DNA from: Bacteroidales bacterium
Lineage (GTDB): Bacteria; Bacteroidota; Bacteroidia; Bacteroidales; UBA932
NCBI GenBank assembly: GCA_017630155.1
Contig: JAGBVU010000005.1
Location: forward strand, 144,342 to 208,341
Reading direction: 5' to 3'
DNA: 64,000 nucleotides
Positions 28,581 through 38,500 of the stretch are shown in pieces. Positions within the stretch are counted from its first letter, which is position 1. Each line of letters opens with the position of its first letter. Below the pieces are notes generated by a model that saw only the letters and a list, made by a program, of their open reading frames with translations, was not told where the DNA came from and searched no databases. The position numbers and the translations under genes were made by a program.

Positions 28581-28611
28581 TGTATGAAATGTGTGGCTGG
28601 ATGTATGAAAT
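28581..28611 (-). promoter_or_regulatory. Two perfect 10 bp direct repeats (minus strand ATTTCATACA) at 21 bp spacing upstream of the LytTR gene
   Basis: tgtatgaaat at 28581-28590 and at 28602-28611. The proximal copy overlaps a near-consensus -7 box (TACATTGC). Confidence 0.5.
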
Positions 28612-28619
28612 TAATGAAA

Positions 28620-29153
28620 TCAGAACTCCAGACGGAAACCCTTGCTTTTGAGTTCCGCATATTTTTCCGGGTTGAAACTGTAGTTTATAGGGATCCTGCT
28701 TCCGGCATTTTTGGGTCTGGTCCCAACCTCAGTCAGAATGCCGAGCTTGAGCATCTTGTTTGAGAAATTCCTTCTGTCAAACTTCACCTCGAGAATAGAT
28801 TCATAAAGCTCCTGAAGCTGCGGCATCGTGAACACATCGGGGAGAAGTTCGAAACCGATAGGGGCAAAATGGATTCTCTCTTTCAAGGTCTTGAGGGCCA
28901 CTCTTAGAATTCTGTCATGGTCAAAGGCCAGCTGGGGAACCTCATCAATAGGAAACCATTGGGCATCGGCTGCATCATCTCCACCCTTTACTTCGCTCTT
29001 TTTTACCAGAGCATAATATGCAATAGTTATCACCCTCTCACGTGGGTCCCTGTTCACCTCGGAGAAACATCCGAACTGCTCCATGTAATGGGTATCAAGA
29101 CCGGTCTCCTCCATCAATTCTTGTAAAGAATGGATGATATTTTTCGTTACCAA
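28620..29153 (-). pseudogene. Nudix hydrolase / NrtR-like regulator, 5'-truncated
   Basis: The ORF begins inside the Nudix box (..LQELMEETGL), so the upstream Gx5Ex7 half and the N-terminal beta-strands are missing. A C-terminal winged-helix-like part is present. The first 8 codons lie in AT-rich foreign DNA and overlap the helicase ORF tail. Confidence 0.6.
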
Positions 29154-31698
29154 GATTAATAATGTATAAATTCTTTTTAGCTCTCGTGATGGCAGTGTAT
29201 ATTAGTTCAGGATAATTTTCAGCATCACTAGTTTTACTTGGCCGTTGTATTACAAGAAAAATATTATCTGCTTCCCATCCTTTGTAACTATAAATGGTTG
29301 ACAATTTTAGCATATTAGAACTCATCGTAAAATGAGTTTTTCTATTTGTACGAATCTCCTCTATTGCATTACGGAAGCATTTATCTTTTACGTCATTATA
29401 TTTATTTAAAATTATGTCGTACTCTTCCTTCGTTTCAAACACACTCATACTTGACTTTCCTGTAGATTGAGAATATGCGTACTGAATTTCTCGTAAAATA
29501 TCAACTCTTTGAGATAGTATGGCAGTTTTCTGGATTTCTAATTTATCATTATCTATGCAATGTAAAATACAATTGGCTATTGTGTCAGCACTGGCATCTA
29601 CTGACAAGTAATCATACCTTGGTACTTTGTTGTCAAATGACAATATTAATTCATTCTGCTCAATTTCATCAGGATTTTCAAAAAACTCATTTTGAAACTG
29701 AGACGCAAGATTCACGATATGCTGATTATTAAGCCTACGTCCCACTTTTAACCTATTCCAAGGGCCCCACGTTCTACCTCCTAAATTCGGTGTACTATTA
29801 AATGTTCGACGACAATAAACATCTTGCTTTTCATCTCCAAAAATAACAAGTTCTCCACCTTCTTTAAGGAAATTATTATAAAGAATGTGGTACCAATTAT
29901 ATTCATAGTCTTGGGCTTCGTCAATGAATATCGCAGAATACTTTGGAAGATTATCAACTACTTCACTGAAGAAGTTCAGTGTATTGTAAGATGTCAAATC
30001 TAATTTTAGATTATAATTTTTGGCCTGAGTAGTAATGAAGTTATGATAATTGGTAATTACAAATTTATTCCAAGGAAAATCAGCAGGAACACGTCCTATT
30101 CTATATCGGATATAGTTTGCCAATGTAATATTATAGGTTAGTATGAGTATACGTCCTCCTGTTCGCAGTTGAGATTTAACAGCACTGGATGCCAATATCT
30201 GCGTCTTACCCGATCCAGCAACGCCTTTAATTCTAATTTGTCGTCCGTCAAAGCTTTTTGCAAGTTCTCTTTGTCTTTTTGTTAACACAATTTCTCCGTC
30301 TCCCTCATTATATGAGTGCCATTGCATCGTAAGCATTTTTATGATTTCTGAGCTAGCTTCTTTTGTAAATTCTTTACGCGTGCGCTTGACATCTAAGCTA
30401 TATAATATTTCATTATTATTAAAATCTTCAGTTGATAGGGTTACAACTCCTGATATAATATTGGGATTATGAGCATCTTTCTTTTCACCTGCATATACTG
30501 AATCAATTGCTACTCTTGTACTATTTGTAAACCAAATAGCAGGGCGCACAATATACCAGCCTACATTTGACACTAAAGCCGCTTTTAACAATTGTGTAGA
30601 GTGTTGTTCTATAAGGTTTGTCCTGTACGTGTATACTCGAGACAGTGGAGATGGTATTGCTAATCCACCTCTTGATAACATCCCGTTATTCAATGTAAAT
30701 TGATCCAAATTTTCTGAAAACACATTGAGAATTACTATACCTTTTCCCGGCCTGATTAATACAATGTCTGGTTTGTCTCCCTTAAGATCAGGAGAAAGAA
30801 AAATTCGATCATTTTCACTGAGGGTACTGGATATTTTCCGATACACATTAAGAACATCTTGTGACACAAGACCATTTCTTACCATTGCATCAAGGTCGTA
30901 ATCATCATAAGCACCTTCATCTGTATAGTGACCTTCATGGACTACTGCAATAGAATTACTAGTGTTTTCAAAATAAAATCCTTTAGTTTTACAACTAAAT
31001 GTATGAAAAGTATCAGAGGTGACACCAAAACATGGGTCATAGATATCAGAAAACACAGATGTGTTATAGAAATATCTTGAAAATTCATCTATTCTTGAGC
31101 AATTGTCATTAGTCGGTCCAACACACACAACAAACTGCTTACCACGCGCATCTGCAACAATTTTTGCTGTCTTTTGCAATGAAATAGATATTATATCCAA
31201 TATATTTGAGAAAAGATGAATAGTCCCTGGTAGTGTAAGATTGAGCTCTGAAATCTGTGGCACCGGACTATCATTTGATGCAGGCAAGAAGTTCTGAATA
31301 CCTATAACTTCAACATTCCAGCCTTCTAATGCTTTAGATATATTTTCTACAGCCCTTGATAAGGCAATGGGAGATGGTTCTATGAGAGTCACTCTTTTAA
31401 GTCTTCTCAATAGATATGGATCTCGCGCATACAAACTATCCATCATACAAATAGTACCAATACCTTGCCCACACCCCCAATCGACAATTTCGAAAGTTGA
31501 TGGCAGTTCTTCATAAGGAAAGTTCTGCAATGCACTTAGGCATTTGCATTTATGCATTTCACCATATGCACATATATATGCGTTTAATTCATCAGTTGAC
31601 TTTAAAAGTTTTTTGCCATGATCAATATACGCCCATGGATTTCTCCTCCAGCTGAACGGCAATTCTAGCCTTGCTCTTTCAATAATACGGTCTATCAT
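29095..31698 (-). CDS. Fusion protein: class I SAM-methyltransferase-like domain, NERD/PD-(D/E)xK-like region, and UvrD/SF1 helicase
   Basis: Methyltransferase motif I VDWGCGQG (aa 72-79) with LIEPS after it. Strand pattern DIVLIRPGKGIVILNVF (aa 311-327). Walker A GVAGSGKT (aa 492-499), Walker B FIDEAQD (aa 591-597), and a UvrD_C-like end YSYKGWEADNIF...YTAITRAKKNLYIIN. AT-rich. Confidence 0.8.
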   Translation of the reverse strand: MIDRIIERARLELPFSWRRNPWAYIDHGKKLLKSTDELNAYICAYGEMHKCKCLSALQNFPYEELPSTFEIVDWGCGQGIGTICMMDSLYARDPYLLRRLKRVTLIEPSPIALSRAVENISKALEGWNVEVIGIQNFLPASNDSPVPQISELNLTLPGTIHLFSNILDIISISLQKTAKIVADARGKQFVVCVGPTNDNCSRIDEFSRYFYNTSVFSDIYDPCFGVTSDTFHTFSCKTKGFYFENTSNSIAVVHEGHYTDEGAYDDYDLDAMVRNGLVSQDVLNVYRKISSTLSENDRIFLSPDLKGDKPDIVLIRPGKGIVILNVFSENLDQFTLNNGMLSRGGLAIPSPLSRVYTYRTNLIEQHSTQLLKAALVSNVGWYIVRPAIWFTNSTRVAIDSVYAGEKKDAHNPNIISGVVTLSTEDFNNNEILYSLDVKRTRKEFTKEASSEIIKMLTMQWHSYNEGDGEIVLTKRQRELAKSFDGRQIRIKGVAGSGKTQILASSAVKSQLRTGGRILILTYNITLANYIRYRIGRVPADFPWNKFVITNYHNFITTQAKNYNLKLDLTSYNTLNFFSEVVDNLPKYSAIFIDEAQDYEYNWYHILYNNFLKEGGELVIFGDEKQDVYCRRTFNSTPNLGGRTWGPWNRLKVGRRLNNQHIVNLASQFQNEFFENPDEIEQNELILSFDNKVPRYDYLSVDASADTIANCILHCIDNDKLEIQKTAILSQRVDILREIQYAYSQSTGKSSMSVFETKEEYDIILNKYNDVKDKCFRNAIEEIRTNRKTHFTMSSNMLKLSTIYSYKGWEADNIFLVIQRPSKTSDAENYPELIYTAITRAKKNLYIINLGNEKYHPFFTRIDGGDRS

Positions 31699-32744
31699 AG
31701 TCCAATTATCGTTTCACTAATTGGTAAGTTTTTATGTCTCTTAAAGTTTTGGTTTGCTAATTCTTTCGAGGAATTAGCATAGCAATACTCACATTGATGG
31801 ATGCAGGTATTGTATTCTCCGATATCTTTGCTTTCTATGCAGCCACAAAACACTCTCTGACCTTTATCTTTCCTACCCTTTTTCTTTACAGCATATTTCC
31901 CATTACCAAGGTCTATAGCTCCATCAGGTATCTCACCAAATATACCAGTTTCTTCGATTGTTACCCCTAAATGCTGCATGAGCTCTATATCACGATGAGC
32001 AAGTCGTATAATGAGATCGTCATCAATACACTTATTATGACTTATACCATGTTGTTCTATATCAATTTTTTCTCCGCATGTGGCTAACTCGAACCCCCAC
32101 TTCTTATTTAATAGCGATAACTTTTTCGCAAAGTCATTCATTAAGTCAGGAGTCCATTCAATATAATTTATTCCACACTTTTTGAGGTTGGCTTCAACTT
32201 TCCTATATGAAGCAATATCAACAAAACTAAACACAAGTTTTTCCGTGTACCCTTTAAGATTATTACCGATATATTCTATTTTGCGTAATAAATCATCAAT
32301 ACTAATCTTATCAGTTAAAATCAATGGGTCAAATCTCCAGATAACCCGCCCTTTACCAAGAATTTTTACAAGTTCTTTAAATGTTTCTATTCTTGTATCT
32401 ACACTTGGAACTGACTTCTCCAATTCCTCTGAGACATAATCATTGAGTGTAAATTGAATGTAACAACCAATACCCTTATCTTGTAATTTTGATAGGTATG
32501 GAATCAGCGGTCGCGGATTTTTAGACCAGAATACTATAAATCGGGTATGCTTATAAGATATGTAGCTTTTTACTCCGTTAAAAGGATTAATCCAAGCAGA
32601 ATATCCTTTATCCAGTCTATGAAAAAACCAATCTGCATAAAATGCCGGTATATCTGTACTTCGGCTTGCTGACACTATGATGGGTTCCTGAGCAGGGACC
32701 ATTTCACCACTTTCCCTTGTTATATAAGGTTTAGAGTTGAGCAT
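31695..32744 (-). CDS. DUF1848-like protein with a C-terminal radical-SAM-type Cys cluster
   Basis: 349 aa. C-terminal CGC (aa 300-302) followed by CIHQCEYC, a CX3CX2C motif (aa 314-321). Its stop overlaps the helicase start (ATGA). The family name comes from recollection of PF08902 and was not verified. Confidence 0.65.
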   Translation of the reverse strand: MLNSKPYITRESGEMVPAQEPIIVSASRSTDIPAFYADWFFHRLDKGYSAWINPFNGVKSYISYKHTRFIVFWSKNPRPLIPYLSKLQDKGIGCYIQFTLNDYVSEELEKSVPSVDTRIETFKELVKILGKGRVIWRFDPLILTDKISIDDLLRKIEYIGNNLKGYTEKLVFSFVDIASYRKVEANLKKCGINYIEWTPDLMNDFAKKLSLLNKKWGFELATCGEKIDIEQHGISHNKCIDDDLIIRLAHRDIELMQHLGVTIEETGIFGEIPDGAIDLGNGKYAVKKKGRKDKGQRVFCGCIESKDIGEYNTCIHQCEYCYANSSKELANQNFKRHKNLPISETIIGL

Positions 32745-32821
32745 TTACAAATATTTTATTTAGATTTTAGCTGAATACGCCACCACAATTACCGCATTGA
32801 CTCTATTGTCAATGTGCTATA

Positions 32822-32829
32822 CAAAGTTA
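32822..32829 (-). promoter_or_regulatory. -7 box TAACTTTG (minus strand) for the DUF1848-helicase operon
   Basis: Reverse complement of caaagtta, about 78 nt upstream of the ATG at 32744. Confidence 0.4.
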
Positions 32830-32915
32830 CATAAATTATAATATCCTAACAAAACCACCTTTTCAACCATCTTACCCAACTTTACAACCCTATCACAACA
32901 CTCACCCCTCTTTTT

Positions 32916-33515
32916 TTACTCCACCAAAAACACTCTACTCTCTTTGTTGTGTGCTTTGGCAATCATCATGTCTTTTATTTTTGCTTGGAAGTCATCTTCT
33001 GGTGTGTAATCATTGAGTATGGCCAGGCATTTGTCAAATTCACCGATCTCTCTATACATTTCAGATCTGAACAGAGGATTCCCAATAAAGATTGGCTGGC
33101 CTAAACTTTTCACTATGATTTCCCTCAGCAAATCTAAATGTTCTGGTTCGGCCTCAATTTCACTATGGCGTATCTTGTCGTTGAAAGCCCACACGACTAT
33201 CATAGTTAGAAGTTCCAGATTACTGATTTCAGTATCGTAAAGTTCACTGTATGCCTCTACGGCTTCTTCGAACATCAACCAACCTAGTTCAGATGAGTAC
33301 GTGTTACCATTTTCAAATTTGGCTTCGCGCAAATAGAAGTAATGCCCGCAAAAAGAGCATTTCTGAACAGGTGACACTCGGGGCAGCATAGGCGCAATTT
33401 GGCGCATATCAGACCAAAGCATTGCATCGCATGTGTTTCCGGACATCAGTTGGAAAATCTCATTTTTGCCCCCACAGTGGGGACAAACAGCAAGTTTACA
33501 AAAAGCAGGAAGCAT
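32916..33515 (-). CDS. Zinc-ribbon protein, unknown function
   Basis: CPHCGG ... CSFCGH pair at the N-terminus and a helical C-terminal half. No family recognised. Confidence 0.55.
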   Translation of the reverse strand: MLPAFCKLAVCPHCGGKNEIFQLMSGNTCDAMLWSDMRQIAPMLPRVSPVQKCSFCGHYFYLREAKFENGNTYSSELGWLMFEEAVEAYSELYDTEISNLELLTMIVVWAFNDKIRHSEIEAEPEHLDLLREIIVKSLGQPIFIGNPLFRSEMYREIGEFDKCLAILNDYTPEDDFQAKIKDMMIAKAHNKESRVFLVE

Positions 33516-33630
33516 AATGATAAATATTAATGTTATGGTTTTCTATGATTTTATCACATAAGCAGCACTATGTAATAACACTACGAAGTTACAACCATCA
33601 CAACATTGAACGAAATATTATGCCCCCGAA

Positions 33631-33661
33631 TGTATGAAATGGTAGCTAAGGTGTACGAAAC
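33631..33661 (-). promoter_or_regulatory. Second pair of ATTTCATACA-type direct repeats at 21 bp spacing
   Basis: tgtatgaaat at 33631-33640 and tgtacgaaac at 33652-33661, 116 nt upstream of the zinc-ribbon gene. Confidence 0.4.
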
Positions 33662-33796
33662 TGAGTGCCATGACAATTTTCAACATTTTTACTTAAAAAA
33701 AATAGCCATCATCGCTCCTGATGAAAGCTCTTTTGATCTGTAATCAGCAACTATATTTCCCCGAATTTTCTTAATTCCCCGTTTTTAGGGTTTAAG

Positions 33797-34672
33797 TTAT
33801 TCCTCCTGTTCGTAATAATACGAGTAATCGATGCCCTTCATGAAGGTTTCGCGGTCGTGGATTTTGTCTGTAAGAGCTGATGCGAGAAGTTTGTGGATAG
33901 GGGTGGGGTTGACTACGCTGGTCTGCATGGCCTGGAGGTAGTCGTTTTTGTTGATTTGGCTCCAGTCGACACATCTCTGTAAGCGTTTTTTGAGGATGAG
34001 GTCGAGCCATATACGGGTGGAGCGGCCATTGCCTTCCATGAATGGATGGGCGACGTTCATTTCTACGTATTTGTCAACGATCTGGTCTAATGTATCTTCC
34101 GGCATTGATTCTATCTTCTGCAGTTCGTGTGGGAGATATTCTGCAAGGCAGAAAGTGAATCCTCCTTTGCTGATGGTCTTGTTGCGGATTTGACCGGCAA
34201 AGTCGTAGAGACCGCCGAAGATGTAGGCATGAATCTGCTGCAGGGACTTTATTGTTCCAACATCTTCATATGCCACGAGGTTGCTTTCCATGAAGGTGTA
34301 TGCCTTCTTCTTACTTTTGCCGTCTATTGTGTTGTCACTGTATGTGAACCAGTCGAGGAATGCATTTGCTCTATTGTTCGGATAGTGCTTAGCGAGGATT
34401 TCCACACATTCATTGTCAAGAGCATCTGCAGTTCGCTTCTTTCCGTCAGGAGCCTCAAATTTGAAGTCGTGAGTGATACTCACGAGTTGAACTCCATCTG
34501 CGTTCAGTTTCTTCTTCAGCCAACGCCAATAGTTTCCAGCCTTGACATAGTCATCTCCCTTATTGATTGCACGGACGATGTCAATCGCAGAAAACCACCA
34601 CTTGGAATTGATTTCATCCCAAATGGCTCTGACCTCGCGGTCATTGAAGAATCTGATGAATATCTTACTCAT
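33797..34672 (-). CDS. Bro-N domain / Fic (AMPylase-type) family protein
   Basis: N-terminal Bro-N-like pattern (FNDREVRAIWDEINSKWWFSAIDIVRAI). Canonical Fic motif HPFMEGNGRSTR. Confidence 0.85.
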   Translation of the reverse strand: MSKIFIRFFNDREVRAIWDEINSKWWFSAIDIVRAINKGDDYVKAGNYWRWLKKKLNADGVQLVSITHDFKFEAPDGKKRTADALDNECVEILAKHYPNNRANAFLDWFTYSDNTIDGKSKKKAYTFMESNLVAYEDVGTIKSLQQIHAYIFGGLYDFAGQIRNKTISKGGFTFCLAEYLPHELQKIESMPEDTLDQIVDKYVEMNVAHPFMEGNGRSTRIWLDLILKKRLQRCVDWSQINKNDYLQAMQTSVVNPTPIHKLLASALTDKIHDRETFMKGIDYSYYYEQEE

Positions 34673-34804
34673 AGAAGCAAAGGTACTAAATTTATAGCAC
34701 GGGACCTATATGTTCTCTAAATATCTCACCGCAATTCCCTGAGACTTGGCGTAGGTAATTTCGTTACGGGTGCTTTCGTGCAAAACAGTGTCGAGGACAG
34801 ATGG

Positions 34805-35278
34805 CTATGGAGAAATTATAAAACAAAGAGCCGTCATCGCTCTGACATTTTTATCTGTAACTCGCAACAAATTGCGGTAATGTGTCCAAGATAGTATTTG
34901 GGATTTTCCACTCACTGTGTGGAAAATCTCAGTGAAGAACTTATAAAACTCAACAAACTGATAGAGATTGCTCTTTGTGAATCCCTTACCATATACATTC
35001 GTGAGGTGATCGGCAAGTCGTTTGATAATTTCCTTACCATACTCAACTCTATTCACTCCCTGCAATTCTTCATCAACAATACGCTTACCCAACAGCCAAT
35101 TACGCTGTACCATAGCCACATTAACGGCGTGATATGCATAATTGCGTGTTTGTTCAATGATATTCTGTGAATCCTTAAAAATATCACCTGTATTGCTAGC
35201 CTTTAGTATCTCTATGTCTTGTTTCATAATGCAGAGATATATACTTTTGTCGAAATGAGACACATACAATGATTCCAT
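34805..35278 (-). pseudogene. 3'-truncated copy of the DUF1016/YhcG-type PDDEXK nuclease gene
   Basis: The first ~148 codons are near-identical to the N-terminus of 44174..45289. The nuclease half is absent, and the reading frame runs into unrelated sequence. Confidence 0.85.
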
Positions 35279-35336
35279 CTAGTAGAACAAAACGGCCCAG
35301 ATCTTTAACGAATCTGGGCCTATTTTTTTATTTATT
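34847..35336. repeat. ~490 bp direct repeat, copy 1 (pairs with 44857..45347)
   Basis: About a dozen mismatches over ~490 bp by eye. It includes the nuclease gene 5' half, its upstream region, a hairpin terminator and the last 9 nt of the 45339..47390 gene. Confidence 0.9.
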
Positions 35337-35521
35337 GCCTTCGTGCAAAACGGAGTCCAGCATAGATGGCCCTAGATAGGCCTCTGATCACGATTCCGCT
35401 GGACACCTGAACCATTTAGCTCGGTTATCCAAGCCAACGCCATTCACAACTCCTTGTAAAGCACTTTAGACTGGACAATTACTAGTAGGCTCATATGAAA
35501 AGTACTATAATTATATATCTA

Positions 35522-38500
35522 TCATTTCAATAAACTTATCTCATCAGTAGACATTCCAACAATCTGTAATAATGTGATCATATCATCTGTATTTGTTGCC
35601 CATAGAGTCGGCTCATGTTGGAAATTATGCTTACACAACTCATTCCACTTAGAACGTTCAGATTCAAGAGAAGCAGACAAGAATAAGAGCTTACAATTAG
35701 TATTTCTAGAATCACGGCTTTCAATCATAGATTCTTTTCTTACAAATGCATCAGACTTCTTATCCATTTGCTGGAGCAATTCATTGACATCAGTGTATCT
35801 GCGGTCAACATACGGATAATTTTCCTCACCCACCACATGCTTGTAAATAGAAAAGCCCTTCAATCTTGACCATAATGCGTTGATTAATGTCTCTTTAAGA
35901 GTATTCTTGAACTTAATTATCTGATCTTCACTTATATTGTACTGATTCTTGAACATTGAAGACAACCTAATCTCCTTAGTTATACTATCTTTCTGTTCTT
36001 CAAAGTATGAATCAAGACAAGGGTTAGATATCAATGATAGGAACGGTTCTCTATTCATTGGCTCAATCTTCACACTTTCCTCTTCTTCAGCACGCCAAAC
36101 CTTAAGATTACCGACATACGATTTCATACCGTTATACTTAGTATGAAGATTCTTTGACAATTTGGAAAGAGAGTCAATAATCATACCGGCAACATGGGTC
36201 TTGATATGTATTATATCTATCTCCCTAGTCCTCTTTGTTATCTCGTCAGTTATTCTGTCTAATCGATGTTTGTAATCCTCATCCAGATCCACTTTCTTAT
36301 GTTTCCTTTGTTTAGACCACAAAGCGAAGACGAGAGAGCCTACGACTAACAAACCGTAAACGATATAACTCACAGTACTAAATAACACATCCTCTACTGA
36401 TTCACTATACGAGCACACTAAAATAAATGTCAACAGGATAGTTGCAGCCACACCCCAGAACACCCATTTTGTAACCTTAGTTTTCTTATCAAAAGCCTCA
36501 AGCTGCACAGTACGCTCTTCATGAACACGTTCCTTTGAAGAATGCAAGTCGCGTTTTTCCATCTCAAGACGCTTAATAGATCCGTCGCAAATAGAATTTC
36601 TCGTCGCATTGTTTCCAAGAAGCTGCGTCAAAGTATTATATTCAACCGTTTTTGCACTGAATTTGGTACTGAGTGTTGCCAGATTTACCTTTTCTTCCTC
36701 TATAAGATTCTTCAATATCGCTGCCTTAATCTGGGAGTTTGACATATCGAATGATATTGTTGTCTTATTGTCCTTTCCTCCTACCGTGAGTTTATTGTCT
36801 GAAATCTGAGTAATAATACAAGCAATATTCATCAGACTCGGATCAGCTATGTAAGAATATGGTATATAGCAATATCCTCTATCACCAAATCTTGTTCCCC
36901 ATGAATTCCTTACAATGAAGATCTTCTCCTCCTCACTGTAACCACAGAGAATCATCGCATGATTTCCACTTTCCCCAGAAATCTCTTCAGAGGTTGGTCG
37001 AGAAATGAATCCCTCTACTGGCTCGAATGAGTCATAAATCTTCAATGATATTGCTACAGGGTATCCTTCAGAAATTGCTGATTTTATATCATCAAGGGTG
37101 CCCTTTACATTCAACGCCTTAATTATCTTGTTACTCTGTGCATCATCATAGGCCTCTTGCGAAGGATTTATATCTAATGTTTCCGAATACGGACAGAAAC
37201 GTTCATGGCAAACACCCTTATCAGTAATTGAAGATATTACTTCAAAGAGAGAACTTCCTGTATCTTCTTTCTCCTTATTGTTGGCTTTGCGCACATTATA
37301 GTAAACAAAGCTCTCACTCAAATCTGGCTCGCTTATACTATTCCTTTTAAGGATATATTCGAAAATGCCGACAATTGAGAATGCAGAACATGCACCAATT
37401 TCACCCTGATCTTTAATCGTAGTAAAGAACGGTCTCAAATCCACCTTTGCAGGAAGATTTGTCTTTGGAACATAATCCTCAGAACAAGGAATTTCAGTAA
37501 CATTCGCCTGCAGCTGGTACGTTTTACCCTCAAAAACAAAACCGTCACGAGTTAATCTCTTCTGGCTTTCAGTATTATCTTTTATTAAAACCTCTACCCC
37601 CTCTAATTCCTCTGACTTATGACGAATGTAATTTGAAGACTCCCTCATCCTAACCTTGATCGCCTTCACATCATCTATAATCGCACTCGCAGATGCCACT
37701 GCTGTCTTTGCTGAACCTGAAAGTGCTGCATACTCTGCAATAGACTCTCGTTCTGTTTTCTCTGTAGCAACGTCTGTTTCTTCTATCGACGTTGTAGGAT
37801 ATAGCGCAGCTAGATTATTATTCAATTGAACAAACAAATCTAGCACTTCCCTAGCACAGTCATCAATTACAAGTTGACGCTTATTGAACATATATCCAGT
37901 CAATAAATCGTCATCCTCGCCTAAAAGTTGAGCTAATGTCGCCTTCTTCTCTGGCAAAGACAAGTTATCGTCATCGACAAAAGACTGGAAGACATCAGTC
38001 AAACGTTGAACCTCGGTCTGAAGTTCCGGATGTATCTGAGCTATTATTTCATCTTGTTGTTCTCCCCTATCAAGTCTCGCCTTTACAGATTTATTATAGA
38101 AAGAGGTAAATATCTCTACATTCTCTTTCAGAATCTTTTGTACAATCTGAGAGACCTTATTTACATCTACCTCTTCTTGGCGTACCTTTTCCCTATCAAG
38201 GATATTGATATAGGCTTTATGCAATAGATATTGCACAAAGTAATACTTGTCAAAACTTAGAACAGAGAGGCCTAGTGCATGTATCAATCTATCCTCCGAC
38301 TCTGCAGCAGGATTAAATAGTTCCTGATAATGATTTAAGGAAAGAAGAGTATATTCTCCAATGATTCTCACAAAGGACTCAAGCACCAGATTCAATGCAA
38401 CTCCCGCAGAGTTACAGTTCTGCAATAGAATCGCATGCGCTATCTGTCTTTGAGTTTTATTGAATTCAATGATTTCATTGATGGTCTTCTTAGTCTGTTG

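Noticed and set aside
28569-28763. Small plus-strand ORF (64 aa) across the LytTR promoter region and the Nudix gene 3' end.
   Set aside because: It overlaps the repeat/promoter region and the Nudix reading frame, and it has no motif or plausible promoter. It is considered spurious.
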